Shown here one piece after another: positions 27,592 through 37,619 of a DNA stretch of 64,000 bases. Every line of letters starts with the position of its first letter. Position 1 is the stretch's first letter. The DNA lies in NCBI GenBank assembly GCA_963727445.1, contig CAVSGI010000027.1, positions 192,001 through 256,000 on the forward strand, given 5' to 3'. The DNA comes from an uncultured delta proteobacterium. GTDB lineage: Bacteria > Myxococcota_A > Polyangia > Polyangiales > B10-G4. The notes beneath the pieces are model-generated. The model ran no database searches. It saw only the letters and a list, made by a program, of their open reading frames with translations, and had not been told where the DNA came from. A program made the translations under genes and the position numbers.

Positions 27592-28965
27592 ATGGCTGAC
27601 AGCGTGATCGCGACGAGCCCCTCCACCCTCGAGGTGGTGGGCGAATATCCGGCCCACGACAGAGCGGCGGTCGAGGCCCGCCTGGCCGCGGCGGAGAAGG
27701 CTTTCGCCGCCGGTGCGAGCGGTGACTTCGCGCATCGCGCCAGCGTCCTCACCCGGGCGGCGGGCGTGCTGCGCGACCGGCGCGACGGACTCGCGCGTCT
27801 CATGGCCGAGGAGATGGGCAAGCCCGTGAAGGAGGGCCGGAGCGAGGTCGACAAGTGCGCCTGGGTCTGTGAGCACTACGCCGAGCACGGCGAGTCGTTC
27901 CTCGCGTCCATCGACGCGCCGAGCGACGCGAAGCGCAGCAAGGTCGCGTTTCGGCCGCTGGGCCCCGTGCTCGCGGTGATGCCCTGGAACTTCCCGCTTT
28001 GGCAGGTGTTCCGCTTCGCCGCGCCCGCGCTCATCGCGGGCAACGCCGGGTTGCTCAAGCACGCCTCCAACGTGCCTGGTTGTGCTCTCGCGATCGAAGA
28101 CGTCTTCCGCGAGGCGGGACTCTCGGAAGGCCTCTTCTCGACGCTGCTCATCGGTAGCGACCGGGTCGCCGAGGTGATCGAGGATCGCCGCATCCGCGCC
28201 GTGACGCTGACGGGGAGCACGCCCGCCGGGCGCGCCGTCGCTGGAGCGGCGGGGCGCGCGCTGAAGAAGACGGTCCTCGAGCTCGGCGGAAGCGACCCCT
28301 TCGTGGTCCTCGCAGACGCGGACCTCGAGGCCGCGGCGCGGATCGGCGCCCAGAGCCGGCTCATCAACGGGGGGCAGAGCTGCATCGCGGCCAAGCGCTT
28401 CATCGTGGTCGAGGCGGTGCGCGAAGCCTTCGTCGAACATTTCGTGAAGGCGATGTCGGGCGCCGTGATGGGCGATCCGCTCTCGGAACAGACCTCCCTC
28501 GGCCCGCAAGCGCGCGTGGACCTGCGCGACGAGCTCGCGGCGCAGGTGGACAGGAGCGTGAAGGCGGGCGCCGAGGTGCTCCTCGGCGCCGACGTGCCCG
28601 CGGGCCGCGGCGCCTTCTATCCGTCGTCGGTGCTGGCGAAGGTCGTCCCCGGCATGCCGGCCTACGACGAAGAGATGTTCGGCCCCGTCGCCGCGGTGAT
28701 CTCCGCCCGAGACGAGGACGACGCCATCCGGATCGCGAACGACACCACCTTCGGGCTCGGCGCCGCGGTCTTCACGCGCGACCTGGCGCGCGGCGAGCGC
28801 ATCGCAGAAGAGCGCCTGGAGGCGGGCGCCTGCTTCGTGAACGGCCTCGTGCGGAGCGACCCGCGCCTCCCCTTCGGCGGGGTCAAGGAGAGCGGCTACG
28901 GGCGCGAGCTCGGTGTCTTCGGGATCCGCGAGTTCGTGAACGTGAAGACGGTCTACGTCGCTTGA
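27592..28965 (+). CDS. NAD(P)-dependent succinate-semialdehyde dehydrogenase (Sad/GabD1-type)
   Basis: MPWNFPLWQVFRFAAP, LKHASNVP, LELGGSDP, GQSCIAAKRF, PFGGVKESGYGRE. Confidence 0.9.
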   Translation: MADSVIATSPSTLEVVGEYPAHDRAAVEARLAAAEKAFAAGASGDFAHRASVLTRAAGVLRDRRDGLARLMAEEMGKPVKEGRSEVDKCAWVCEHYAEHGESFLASIDAPSDAKRSKVAFRPLGPVLAVMPWNFPLWQVFRFAAPALIAGNAGLLKHASNVPGCALAIEDVFREAGLSEGLFSTLLIGSDRVAEVIEDRRIRAVTLTGSTPAGRAVAGAAGRALKKTVLELGGSDPFVVLADADLEAAARIGAQSRLINGGQSCIAAKRFIVVEAVREAFVEHFVKAMSGAVMGDPLSEQTSLGPQARVDLRDELAAQVDRSVKAGAEVLLGADVPAGRGAFYPSSVLAKVVPGMPAYDEEMFGPVAAVISARDEDDAIRIANDTTFGLGAAVFTRDLARGERIAEERLEAGACFVNGLVRSDPRLPFGGVKESGYGRELGVFGIREFVNVKTVYVA

Positions 28966-28987
28966 TGCAGACTCGTGGATCAGGCAC

Positions 28988-30235
28988 TCAGTGGGGCGCG
29001 TAGACGCGTGCGGGGCGCGCATCGCTGTGCGTCCCGAGCTGCTGCTGGTCGTTGCTCCCCCAACACAGCACCTCACCGTCCTCGGTGCGGGCGCAGGTGT
29101 GCTTCTGGCCGGCCGCGAGCTGAACGACGTTCGCGAGCCCGGCGAGAGGCACGGGACGAACGCAATGGGCGTCGTTGCCCGTCCGCTCCGGACAGATCGC
29201 GGCGTCGTCCGAGACCGCTCCGATCGCTCCGTCGGCGGCGAGCCCCCAGCACGAAACCGATCCGTCCCGGTGTCGCGCGCAGACGTGGTGGCTTCCGGCC
29301 TCGAGATCGACCACCTCCGGGGTTGTCGCCGGCAAGGTGGTCGGCGACGTCCGGCAGGGCTTGCCCCCATAGGCATGGCACCGCTCCAAATCTCCATCGC
29401 CGAGCTGCCCGAACCAGTTCGCCCCCCAGCACGTCACCGTGCCCTCGGCGTCGAGCGCACACGTGAACTGAGCGCCGGCGGTCAGGTCGACGATCCCGCG
29501 GAGCCGGGGAACCTCGACCGGAGCGGCTGCATCCGACTCGTCCCCCTGCCCCAACTGTCCCATCTGGCCCGAGCCCCAACACGCCACGCGCCCACCACGG
29601 CGCCTCACGCAGTAGTGCTGCCAGCCGGAGACCAGCTGCTCCGCGTCGTCGATCCCCTCCACCGGAACGAGCTCCACGCTCGCGACCTCGTCCGAACGGC
29701 CGACCTGGCCGTAGGCGCCCGCGCAGCGCACCGTGCCCTCGCGTTCGAGCAAGCACGTCGCCCCGTTGCTGACCCCGACCCCGGTCACATCGGAGATGGC
29801 AGCGGTGACAGTCGCGCCGGGCGCCGCGCGTTCGCCGTTGCCGAGCTCGCCGCGGATCCCGTCGCCCCAGCATCGTGCGACCCCCGCGCCGTCCACCGCG
29901 CACGCATGCGCGCCTTCGAGAGACGCCGCCACCACGTCGTCGATCCCCATCGCCCGCGGCATCCTCGGCGACACGTCCGGAGCCCAGCCGCGCCCCCAAC
30001 ACACCAGCCCCTCGTCGGCGACGTTGGCACAGGTCGAGTCGTGCCCGGCAAAGACCGCAGTCGCGATGAGTGGCTCGAGCGCGGGCGGAGCGGGGGGCGC
30101 GGGTGCAGACGGGGGCTGAGCCGGCGCGGGCGCAGGCGCCTCCCGTGTCGCGGGCGGAGCCTCCTCTTCATCGCAGGCCAGGCCGAAGACCAGGGCGCCG
30201 CCGAGGAGCAGCTGCACGAGTGAGGCGGCCCTCAA
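28988..30235 (-). CDS. RCC1-repeat lipoprotein
   Basis: Lipobox GLAC; repeated HTCA...GxVxCWGxNxxGQLG. Confidence 0.88.
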   Translation of the reverse strand: MRAASLVQLLLGGALVFGLACDEEEAPPATREAPAPAPAQPPSAPAPPAPPALEPLIATAVFAGHDSTCANVADEGLVCWGRGWAPDVSPRMPRAMGIDDVVAASLEGAHACAVDGAGVARCWGDGIRGELGNGERAAPGATVTAAISDVTGVGVSNGATCLLEREGTVRCAGAYGQVGRSDEVASVELVPVEGIDDAEQLVSGWQHYCVRRRGGRVACWGSGQMGQLGQGDESDAAAPVEVPRLRGIVDLTAGAQFTCALDAEGTVTCWGANWFGQLGDGDLERCHAYGGKPCRTSPTTLPATTPEVVDLEAGSHHVCARHRDGSVSCWGLAADGAIGAVSDDAAICPERTGNDAHCVRPVPLAGLANVVQLAAGQKHTCARTEDGEVLCWGSNDQQQLGTHSDARPARVYAPH

Positions 30236-30897
30236 TCCTTCGACCCTTCGGCGAGCCGGCGCTCCTTCGCGTCGACCGCGTCGACGAAGAGCTTGATGTA
30301 CTCGCCGCCGCTGGTGATCGCGAACGCCAGGCTCACGTAGAGCAGCGTCAACCCGACCTGGTTCAGGTCGGCGGTGATCTGAGTGAAGCCGAAGTCGACC
30401 ACGTAGGTGTGGTGCAGGATCAAGAGCAGGATCGCGACCATCTGGAGCGCCGTCTTGTCCTTACCGCCGCGACCGGCGGCGATGACCACGCCTTCGCTCA
30501 TCGCGATGGTGCGAAGCGCCGTCACCGAGAGCTCGCGACCGATCATCACGATCACCGCCGCCACGCCAAGTGTCGGCAGGCGGCCCATGTAGACCAGCCA
30601 GACCAGCGTCGCCATCACCAGGAGCTTGTCTGCGAGCGGGTCGAGGAACTTGCCGAGGACGCTGATGAGCCCCTGCCGGCGCGCCAGCCAGCCATCGAGC
30701 GCGTCGGTGATCGCGCTGACGATGTAGACGATGGCGGACCAGAAATTGGCGCGCGGCGTTCCGTCCGCCAGCAGGAAGAGCACGACCGGGATGAGCGCGA
30801 TGCGCAGGAAGGTGAGGAGGTTGGGCAGGTTGATCGCGTCCTGCCGGATGCTCTTCGGCCGTCGCTTCTCCCCCGACGCGGCGTGAACCTCACTCAT
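30232..30897 (-). CDS. pgsA: CDP-diacylglycerol-glycerol-3-phosphate 3-phosphatidyltransferase
   Basis: NLPNLLTFLRI, DALDGWLARR...GKFLDPLADKLL, GKDKTALQM. Confidence 0.92.
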   Translation of the reverse strand: MSEVHAASGEKRRPKSIRQDAINLPNLLTFLRIALIPVVLFLLADGTPRANFWSAIVYIVSAITDALDGWLARRQGLISVLGKFLDPLADKLLVMATLVWLVYMGRLPTLGVAAVIVMIGRELSVTALRTIAMSEGVVIAAGRGGKDKTALQMVAILLLILHHTYVVDFGFTQITADLNQVGLTLLYVSLAFAITSGGEYIKLFVDAVDAKERRLAEGSKD

Positions 30898-30908
30898 CGC
30901 TCTATCTC

Positions 30909-32246
30909 TCAGGTCAGGAGGACGACGCCGCGACCTTTGAAGGTGAGCCTGGGGGCGGCGGCGCCGTAGGGCGCGGTGCCTTTGCCACGGGTGCTGGGCA
31001 AGAGGCGCCCGCTCCACCCGAGGAGCCGCGAGGGCTCGACGGAGACCGGATTGTCCTCGTCGACCGCCACGCCGGTGGGCTGGCGGAGAAGGCGCAGCAC
31101 GACCACGCCGCTGCCGTGGAGCGACAACAGGGGCACCGGATCCCCGCCGCCTGGAACGATCCCGCTCTCGTAGCCGAGGCGTCCATCGAAGCCCCACACC
31201 GCGTCCTCGCGAAGGAAGAGGTGATCATCGGAGAGCGCCACGTCGTGGAAGCGTCCGGGCAGATTCGGGGCGACCACCGCCGCCACCGGGCCGGTGAGTC
31301 GCATGACCGCGTTGTCGCCGCCGAGCAGGTCGTCGCGCTCCCTGCCGCGGGTGCGCCGCCGAACCGGCGCCATCTTCAGCTCCCCGCGCACCGCCACCAG
31401 CCCTTCCACGCGCACGTAGCCGTCGTGAACGAAGGAGACGAAGAGCTCCCCGGCCCCTCCGACGGAGAGCGGGGCGTCGTCCCGCGCCGCCAGGGTCCAA
31501 TCCGCGAGACGCATCTCGAGGGTGGGTGCAGCGACGTTGGGAACGGGCGGTCGCGCCAGCTTGGTCTGCGGCAGCCGCTCCTCACCCGGCTCGGCCACGC
31601 GCCACGCCCCGGCGCGGCTCCGTGTGGCCGTCGTAGCGACGGCCAGCGGAAGCTGCTCGGCTTCGAACTGCTCGATGGCCTCCTCGGCCGCGGAGCGCAT
31701 CGCCGCGCGGTCCCCGTTGTCGTCCTCGTCCGCGGGCTCGGGCGCTGCGACCGTCCCGGCGCTGCTCGCCGACAGCACCGCTTCCATCCGGCGCGCCATC
31801 GCCGCCTGGCCTCCGCGCAGAAACGCGTCCCGCGCCTCGCGGTACTGCTCGAGGCGCCAGTAGGTCACGCCGAGGTAGCCCCAGGCCTTGTCGTGATCGG
31901 GGTTGAGGGCGACCGCGTCCACCAGATGGCCCAGCGCCTCGCGATGTTGCCCCGTCTTGAGGAGCGAAAGGGCGAGGTTGACCTTGAGCGTGGTGTCCTT
32001 GGCGTACGCCGCGACGAGGCGCTGCCAGATCTCGATCGCCCGCGGATAGACGCCGAGACGGAAGTAGACGCCGGCGAGCAGGTCCTGCCCCTTGGCGTCC
32101 TGGGGCTGCAGCGCCAGCGCCTGCTCGAGCTCACCCTTCGCCTCGTGCACCTGATCGGCGAGCAGCAGCTCACTGCCCCGATACAAGTGGTACAGGAAGT
32201 CGTCGGCTGCGGAGCCGGGGGTCGAGCTCGCCTCGTCTTGGGGCAC
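30909..32246 (-). CDS. TPR protein with C-terminal AIM24-like domain
   Basis: N-terminal TPRs; C-terminal LFLREDAVWGFD...LHGSGVVVL...LLGWSG...FKGRGVVL. Confidence 0.72.
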   Translation of the reverse strand: MPQDEASSTPGSAADDFLYHLYRGSELLLADQVHEAKGELEQALALQPQDAKGQDLLAGVYFRLGVYPRAIEIWQRLVAAYAKDTTLKVNLALSLLKTGQHREALGHLVDAVALNPDHDKAWGYLGVTYWRLEQYREARDAFLRGGQAAMARRMEAVLSASSAGTVAAPEPADEDDNGDRAAMRSAAEEAIEQFEAEQLPLAVATTATRSRAGAWRVAEPGEERLPQTKLARPPVPNVAAPTLEMRLADWTLAARDDAPLSVGGAGELFVSFVHDGYVRVEGLVAVRGELKMAPVRRRTRGRERDDLLGGDNAVMRLTGPVAAVVAPNLPGRFHDVALSDDHLFLREDAVWGFDGRLGYESGIVPGGGDPVPLLSLHGSGVVVLRLLRQPTGVAVDEDNPVSVEPSRLLGWSGRLLPSTRGKGTAPYGAAAPRLTFKGRGVVLLT

Positions 32247-32294
32247 GGGCCGGCAGGGTAGCCCGCCGGACACGGCCGTGTCAGCCTCCCGGCC

Positions 32295-32588
32295 GTGCCC
32301 GCCCTCCTCGCTGGTCTCCTCGCGCTCTTGCTCTGCGCTTCGGCCGAGGCGCAGGAGAGCTCCGCCCCCGAAGACGAAGCCCAGAGCCACAGCGCCGAGA
32401 CCACCGGGCCCATCTTCGTCGACCCCGTCACCGGCCGGCGCTACCGCCACGTGCGGCCCGAGGAGCCGCTGAGGCGCGGCCCGCTCGAGGTCGACGCCTG
32501 GCTCCCGCCGGCCCTGGGCGGCGCTGCCCTGCTCGTCGCGGGGGCTGTGCTGGTGACGGCTCATCGGCGACGCGGAGGCAAGCGTTGA
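32295..32588 (+). CDS. Small exported protein with C-terminal membrane anchor
   Basis: Signal peptide; C-terminal hydrophobic helix plus basic tail; 4-bp overlap with the next gene. Confidence 0.6.
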   Translation: MPALLAGLLALLLCASAEAQESSAPEDEAQSHSAETTGPIFVDPVTGRRYRHVRPEEPLRRGPLEVDAWLPPALGGAALLVAGAVLVTAHRRRGGKR

Positions 32589-33571
32589 GCGAGCCCGAGC
32601 CGACCGTCACCCAGGCGCCCACGGCGTCTCTGTGGCGGAAGATCCTCATCGCGACGCTGATCGGCGCGCTGGTCTTCGCGGCGCTCAGCCTCTACGGCGA
32701 TGTGCAGGCGCTGCGTGACAACCTCAGCGTCTATCACTGGGAGATGTTCGCCCTGGCCCTCGCGCTGGCGACGGGGAACTACCTGATCCGCTTCGCGCGC
32801 TGGCAGCGCTACCTCACGGTCATCGAGTGCCCCGTGCCCGCGCGCGAGAGCCTTCTGATCTTCCTCTCGGGCTTCGTGATGAGCGTGACGCCGGGCAAGG
32901 TGGGCGAGGTCTTCAAGTCGCTGCTCCTGGTGGAGTCTCGCGGCTACTCGGTGGTGCGGACCGCGCCGGTGGTGGTGGCGGAGCGGCTGACCGATCTGCT
33001 CGCGCTCGTGATCCTCACCGCGCTGGGTGCACTCAGCTTTCCGGACGGAGTCGCGATCACCGTCGCCGGCGCGTTGATGGTGGGCGCGATCATCCTGGCG
33101 CTCGCCGTGCGCCCCTTCGCCGACTTCGGCTTTCTCCTGCTCGGCAGGCTCCCGGTGCTCGGCAAGATCGTGCCGCGCCTGCGAGAGGCCTACGAGTCGC
33201 TCTACGCGCTCACGCGGCCGGGCGCCCTGCTCTACGCGACGGTGCTGGCCACCGCGGCGTGGGGGCTCGAGGTGATGGCGCTGGGCTGCATCCTTCGGGG
33301 CTTCGAGGGGGTGCACCTCGGATGGGAGGCCACCTCCTTCGCCTACTCGGCGTCCACCATCGCGGGCGCGGTGGCGATGATGCCGGGCGGCCTCGGGGTG
33401 ACCGAGGCCGGCATGACGGGCCTGCTGTCGGCCCTGGGCGACGAAGCCATGACCCCGGCCGTGGCGACGGCGGCGACGATGCTGGTCCGCCTCGCCACGC
33501 TCTGGTGGGCGGTGGTGATCGGGGTGGTGGCCCTCGCGGTCTACCGCCGCACCCGGCCGGGCAAAGCGTGA
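32585..33571 (+). CDS. Lysylphosphatidylglycerol-synthase-TM / flippase-like membrane protein (UPF0104)
   Basis: RFARW, TPGKVGE, ERLTD, PGGLGVTE, LVRLATLW. Confidence 0.85.
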   Translation: MSEPEPTVTQAPTASLWRKILIATLIGALVFAALSLYGDVQALRDNLSVYHWEMFALALALATGNYLIRFARWQRYLTVIECPVPARESLLIFLSGFVMSVTPGKVGEVFKSLLLVESRGYSVVRTAPVVVAERLTDLLALVILTALGALSFPDGVAITVAGALMVGAIILALAVRPFADFGFLLLGRLPVLGKIVPRLREAYESLYALTRPGALLYATVLATAAWGLEVMALGCILRGFEGVHLGWEATSFAYSASTIAGAVAMMPGGLGVTEAGMTGLLSALGDEAMTPAVATAATMLVRLATLWWAVVIGVVALAVYRRTRPGKA

Positions 33572-33698
33572 CGCAGCGCGTCAGGCTTCACCTTCTCGTC
33601 ACCTTGCCTCCACCCCTTCGTCGTTCTACGCTCAAATCGCTCTCGTCAATACCGGCCGGGCGGCCGGTTTGGGGAACTTCTGAGGGGAAAACCGCTTC

Positions 33699-34709
33699 GT
33701 GAAACAGACGAACGGAAGAGCGAGCGTCACGACGGCGGCGAGGAGTATCCCTCGCAGCCTGTCGGGGACGGCGTCTACCCTGACCTCGCAGATGGCGGTG
33801 CAGGACTGGCTGCTCCTCGGCTTCCACTCCTACATCAACCTTCGCCTCGCCCTCGCGCCCGACGGCCCCGACGCCAGTCTCGCGCGACGGCTGGCCTTCA
33901 CGCTTCTCGCCACGACGGCGGTGGTGGTCTTTCTGGTCCGCGCCGAGGTGATCCCCCGGAGCCGCTGGCGCGCGCTCTTCTATCGCGTGGGGCTGCTGAT
34001 CCCGACGGTGCTCTCGTATTTCGAGATGCGCTACGTGATGCCGGCGCTCGCGCTGCCGCTCCTCGACCATCCGCTGCTGGCGATCGATCAAGCGATCTTC
34101 GACCTCACGCCCTCGGTGTGGCTGCAGCGCTTCAACCGGCGTCCCATCGTGGAGTGGTTCGCGTTCTTCTACTGGAGCTACTTCGTCATCATCACGCTGA
34201 TGTGGCTCCCACCCCTCTTCCTCGAGCGGGGACGGCGACAGATCGAGCTCTACATGGGCTCACTGGTGGTCGCGTGCATGGGACACATCGGCTACACGCT
34301 GGTGCCTGGCCTCGGCCCCTACGCCACCATCACCTTCGACGCGCCCCTTCAGGGCGGCTTCTGGTGGAACATGGTGGAGACGGCGGTGACAGGCGCCGGG
34401 GCGATGATGGACATCTTCCCCTCGCTTCACACGGCCCTGCCCACCTTCTTCGCTCTCCACGCCTTCGGCCATCGCGACCATCCGCTCTGGCGTTTCGCCT
34501 GGCCGGTCCTCGCCTTCATGAGCGCAAACATCATCGTCGCGACGATGTTCCTCCGCTGGCACTACGGCATCGACGTCATCTTCGGCCTCCTGCTCGCCAT
34601 CACCGCCCGCCGCGTCGCGGTCTGGGTCGGCGAAAAGGAAGAGCGCCGCGGCCAGGGCAGCGACAACCGACAGCGCGTGTGGGAACCGCTGTTCAAGTAT
34701 CAGAAGTAG
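33699..34709 (+). CDS. PAP2-superfamily membrane protein, AUR1/IPC-synthase-like
   Basis: PGLGP, FPSLH and HYGIDV motifs; multiple transmembrane segments. Confidence 0.8.
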   Translation: MKQTNGRASVTTAARSIPRSLSGTASTLTSQMAVQDWLLLGFHSYINLRLALAPDGPDASLARRLAFTLLATTAVVVFLVRAEVIPRSRWRALFYRVGLLIPTVLSYFEMRYVMPALALPLLDHPLLAIDQAIFDLTPSVWLQRFNRRPIVEWFAFFYWSYFVIITLMWLPPLFLERGRRQIELYMGSLVVACMGHIGYTLVPGLGPYATITFDAPLQGGFWWNMVETAVTGAGAMMDIFPSLHTALPTFFALHAFGHRDHPLWRFAWPVLAFMSANIIVATMFLRWHYGIDVIFGLLLAITARRVAVWVGEKEERRGQGSDNRQRVWEPLFKYQK

Positions 34710-34796
34710 ATCTGGGAAGCTGGCTTCCTCCTGAGCGAGTGATTCACGCCCCCCGTCCCGACCCTCGTACTCCGCGTGTATGATCGTCGGGTCCCG

Positions 34797-36695
34797 ATGG
34801 ACGGCCAAGCAGCGATCGGACGAATCGTCGGGGGGTATCGGCTCGAACGGCCGCTCGGCCGTGGAGGAATGGCCGAGGTGTGGCTGGGCCGTTCGGAGAC
34901 GAACGGCAGTCTCGCGGCGATCAAGGTCCTGAAATCGGCGAAGGCCGAGGAGCTCAGAGAGCTCTTCGCGCGCGAGCGACGAGCCGTACTGCGCCTCAGG
35001 CACCCGAACATCGTCCCCGTCTTCGACGTCGGTGAGGACTACATCGCCACCGCGTTCGTGGAAGGGGTCGACCTGCGCCACCGCATCCGCTCCCCGATCA
35101 CCGCTCGCGAAGCGGTCGCGATCACCTGCGACATCGCGTCGGCGCTGCAGACCGCCCACGAAGCCGGCGTCGTGCACTGCGACGTGAAACCGGCCAACAT
35201 CCTGGTCGATCGTTCGGGCACTCCGTTCCTCGCGGACTTCGGCATCGCACAGCTCCTCGACGATCCCGAAACCGAGCCCGATCAGGTTCTCGGCACCCCC
35301 GCGTTCATGGCGCCTGAGCAGGCGAAGGGAGAGCCCTCGGCGAAGGCCGACCAGTACTCGCTCGCGAAGACCCTGCTCGCGCTCCTCGGGGGCGATCCGA
35401 CGGCGCATCCCGCGCAGCAAATCCTGGCGCTCCCCGACGAGCTGGCGGCGCTCGGCACGGTGCTCGCCACGGCGCTGGCGGCGGATCCCGAACAACGATT
35501 CGACGACATGGCGACGTTTGCCGAGGCGCTGCGTACGACGAAGCTCCCCGACACCGACAAGCCGCCTCCGCTGTTGAAGGTGGCGCGCGATCCCGCGACC
35601 TTTGCCTGGGCACGCGGATTTCGCGAGCGCCAGCAGTTCGGCGAGCACATCGTGCGGCTCGACTATCGTCTGAGCGATCTCGTCGAGCGAGGCTTGATCG
35701 AGGGCGCGGCTGTCGACGCCTTCGAGAGGTCCACGGGACACAGCGATTTCGGTTGGTCCCTCTACGCACGCGACGAGCGTCTGGGCTCGGTGGGCGAACC
35801 GGAGTCGTTGGCACGTGCACGCCAGAACGTCGTCCTGCTGCACGGACTCTTCGCGAATCGCGAAGTCTGGGTCGACGTCGCGGTGGGCATCGCGCGCGAC
35901 AACGGGCTGGGGGTGGTGCTGACCCCGGACTTGATGGGCTTCGGCGACTCCCCTCTCTCCGGCACGCTCCCCGACGATGCCCTGACCCCGGCTGGCCTCG
36001 TTCGCTCACTCGGCGCGTGGCTCGAGCTGCTCGGCCTCGATCGAGCTCCGTCGGTCGTTCTCGGTCACTCCTACTCGGCCACGGCCCTGTTGTGCGCGGG
36101 AACGGAGACGCTGGGGTCGCGGGCCCGACGCATCTGCATCGTCCCCGTCATGTTCTTCCACCGGTTCCGCGCGCGGCTCCAGGTTCGGGCCAACGCGCTC
36201 CAAGCCGTCTTGCTCCCGCTGCTACCGAAAGCCTTGCAGTGGTGGTTCACCCGGCGCGCGTTCCGTCGTGATCCGTCGCTCCGCCGAACGCGCATCAGCG
36301 CGCGCGACGACATGGCGCGCTCTGCGCTGCGGCTCGGCGCATTGCGCGTCGCGCGGCTGTTCTGGCGGCTCGCGAGAGCTCACCCCGCCGATCCCGCCGA
36401 GCTGGGCACTTGCACCGTCGTCACGACCCACGACGATCCACTCGTCGAAGACAGCGTCGCAGAAGAGGCGATCCGTGCCACCGGCATCCCGGATGCGCAG
36501 TGGTTTCGCCTCGTCTACGGAGGACACTTTCCGCAGCTCGTCGACGACGACCATCCGGAGTGGGGTGCGCGCAACGTTCACGAGCTCGTCAGCCTCGTGG
36601 ACAGCGTCCTCGACATGACCCGGACCACCGAGCCGCGCAAGGACGGCGGGGCCCCCGTGGACACCAAGGGCACGACTCAGACCGTCCCCGTCTGA
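34797..36695 (+). CDS. Ser/Thr kinase fused to an alpha/beta hydrolase
   Basis: GRGGMAEV, AIK, HCDVKPAN, DFG, APE; then LLHGL, PDLMGFG, GHSYS, GGHFP. Confidence 0.87.
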   Translation: MDGQAAIGRIVGGYRLERPLGRGGMAEVWLGRSETNGSLAAIKVLKSAKAEELRELFARERRAVLRLRHPNIVPVFDVGEDYIATAFVEGVDLRHRIRSPITAREAVAITCDIASALQTAHEAGVVHCDVKPANILVDRSGTPFLADFGIAQLLDDPETEPDQVLGTPAFMAPEQAKGEPSAKADQYSLAKTLLALLGGDPTAHPAQQILALPDELAALGTVLATALAADPEQRFDDMATFAEALRTTKLPDTDKPPPLLKVARDPATFAWARGFRERQQFGEHIVRLDYRLSDLVERGLIEGAAVDAFERSTGHSDFGWSLYARDERLGSVGEPESLARARQNVVLLHGLFANREVWVDVAVGIARDNGLGVVLTPDLMGFGDSPLSGTLPDDALTPAGLVRSLGAWLELLGLDRAPSVVLGHSYSATALLCAGTETLGSRARRICIVPVMFFHRFRARLQVRANALQAVLLPLLPKALQWWFTRRAFRRDPSLRRTRISARDDMARSALRLGALRVARLFWRLARAHPADPAELGTCTVVTTHDDPLVEDSVAEEAIRATGIPDAQWFRLVYGGHFPQLVDDDHPEWGARNVHELVSLVDSVLDMTRTTEPRKDGGAPVDTKGTTQTVPV

Positions 36696-36835
36696 CCGAC
36701 GGGCTGGGCGGTGCACTGTGTGATTCCCAGCCACACGTGTGTGCCACCAGCACCAACATTTCCCTCCCGTCAGCCCTTTCCGCGTCGTCTCACACCGGCA
36801 CGGTTGATGCTCCGTCGGGAGTCGTGACGTGGAAC

Positions 36836-37393
36836 ATGCGCAACGCCGGATGGGGAGTGCTCGTGGCGGTCCTCCTACTCGCAGTGACGTCGGCAACCGC
36901 GCGCGCCGAGGAGCCCGCAAGCACGGGCGCCGTCCTCTGGAGCGCCGGCGGGCACACGTTCTCGGTCGGCCCTGCCGCGGAGGTCCAACGCGTCGATTGG
37001 GGTATCGCCGGGCCGGCCATCGGCGCGTTCGCCGGCGCCTACCTGACGAATGTCGTGGGAAGCGCGCTCGCCGGCTATCAATGCGTTTGGACCGCCTGGT
37101 TCCATTCGGATTGCGCGTTTCAATCGGACTGGCTCGCGTTTCGTCTCGTGGGCGCGGTCCCCGTCGCGGGCCCATTCATCCAACTCGGACTCGAGCCAGG
37201 AACCGCGGGCGGCGACGCCTGGGCTCCATTCCTGATAGCGAACGGCATCACCCAGACCTGCGCGCTGACATTTCTCCTCGTGGAGCTCCTACACCCGTCA
37301 CGCCGAGTCTCGCTGACCTCCGGCGCCGTGGAGGTGAGACCCGAGCTCGGCGCCCAACGAGCGGGACTGAGCCTCATCGGGACCTTCGAGTAG
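36836..37393 (+). CDS. Hypothetical exported/membrane protein
   Basis: Signal peptide ending ARA; AVPVAGPFI; C-terminal GLSLIGTF. Confidence 0.65.
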   Translation: MRNAGWGVLVAVLLLAVTSATARAEEPASTGAVLWSAGGHTFSVGPAAEVQRVDWGIAGPAIGAFAGAYLTNVVGSALAGYQCVWTAWFHSDCAFQSDWLAFRLVGAVPVAGPFIQLGLEPGTAGGDAWAPFLIANGITQTCALTFLLVELLHPSRRVSLTSGAVEVRPELGAQRAGLSLIGTFE

Positions 37394-37619
37394 GCCGGAA
37401 CGGCCGTCGCACAGCAGCTGTACAGGCCGCCGATGCCTCTGCATCAGCGACGATGCCGTGTCAGCATGGTGGAGACGTACCGCGGTGGCCTGCTCGTCTT
37501 GCTCGCATTCGCTGCGATCGGTTGCGACGACCCATCCTTCACACAGGCCACGTGGTCACGTGACCTGTAAGAAACCCCTACGCACAGCACGCCCGACCAA
37601 CGGCGTCTCGCCGAAGCTC

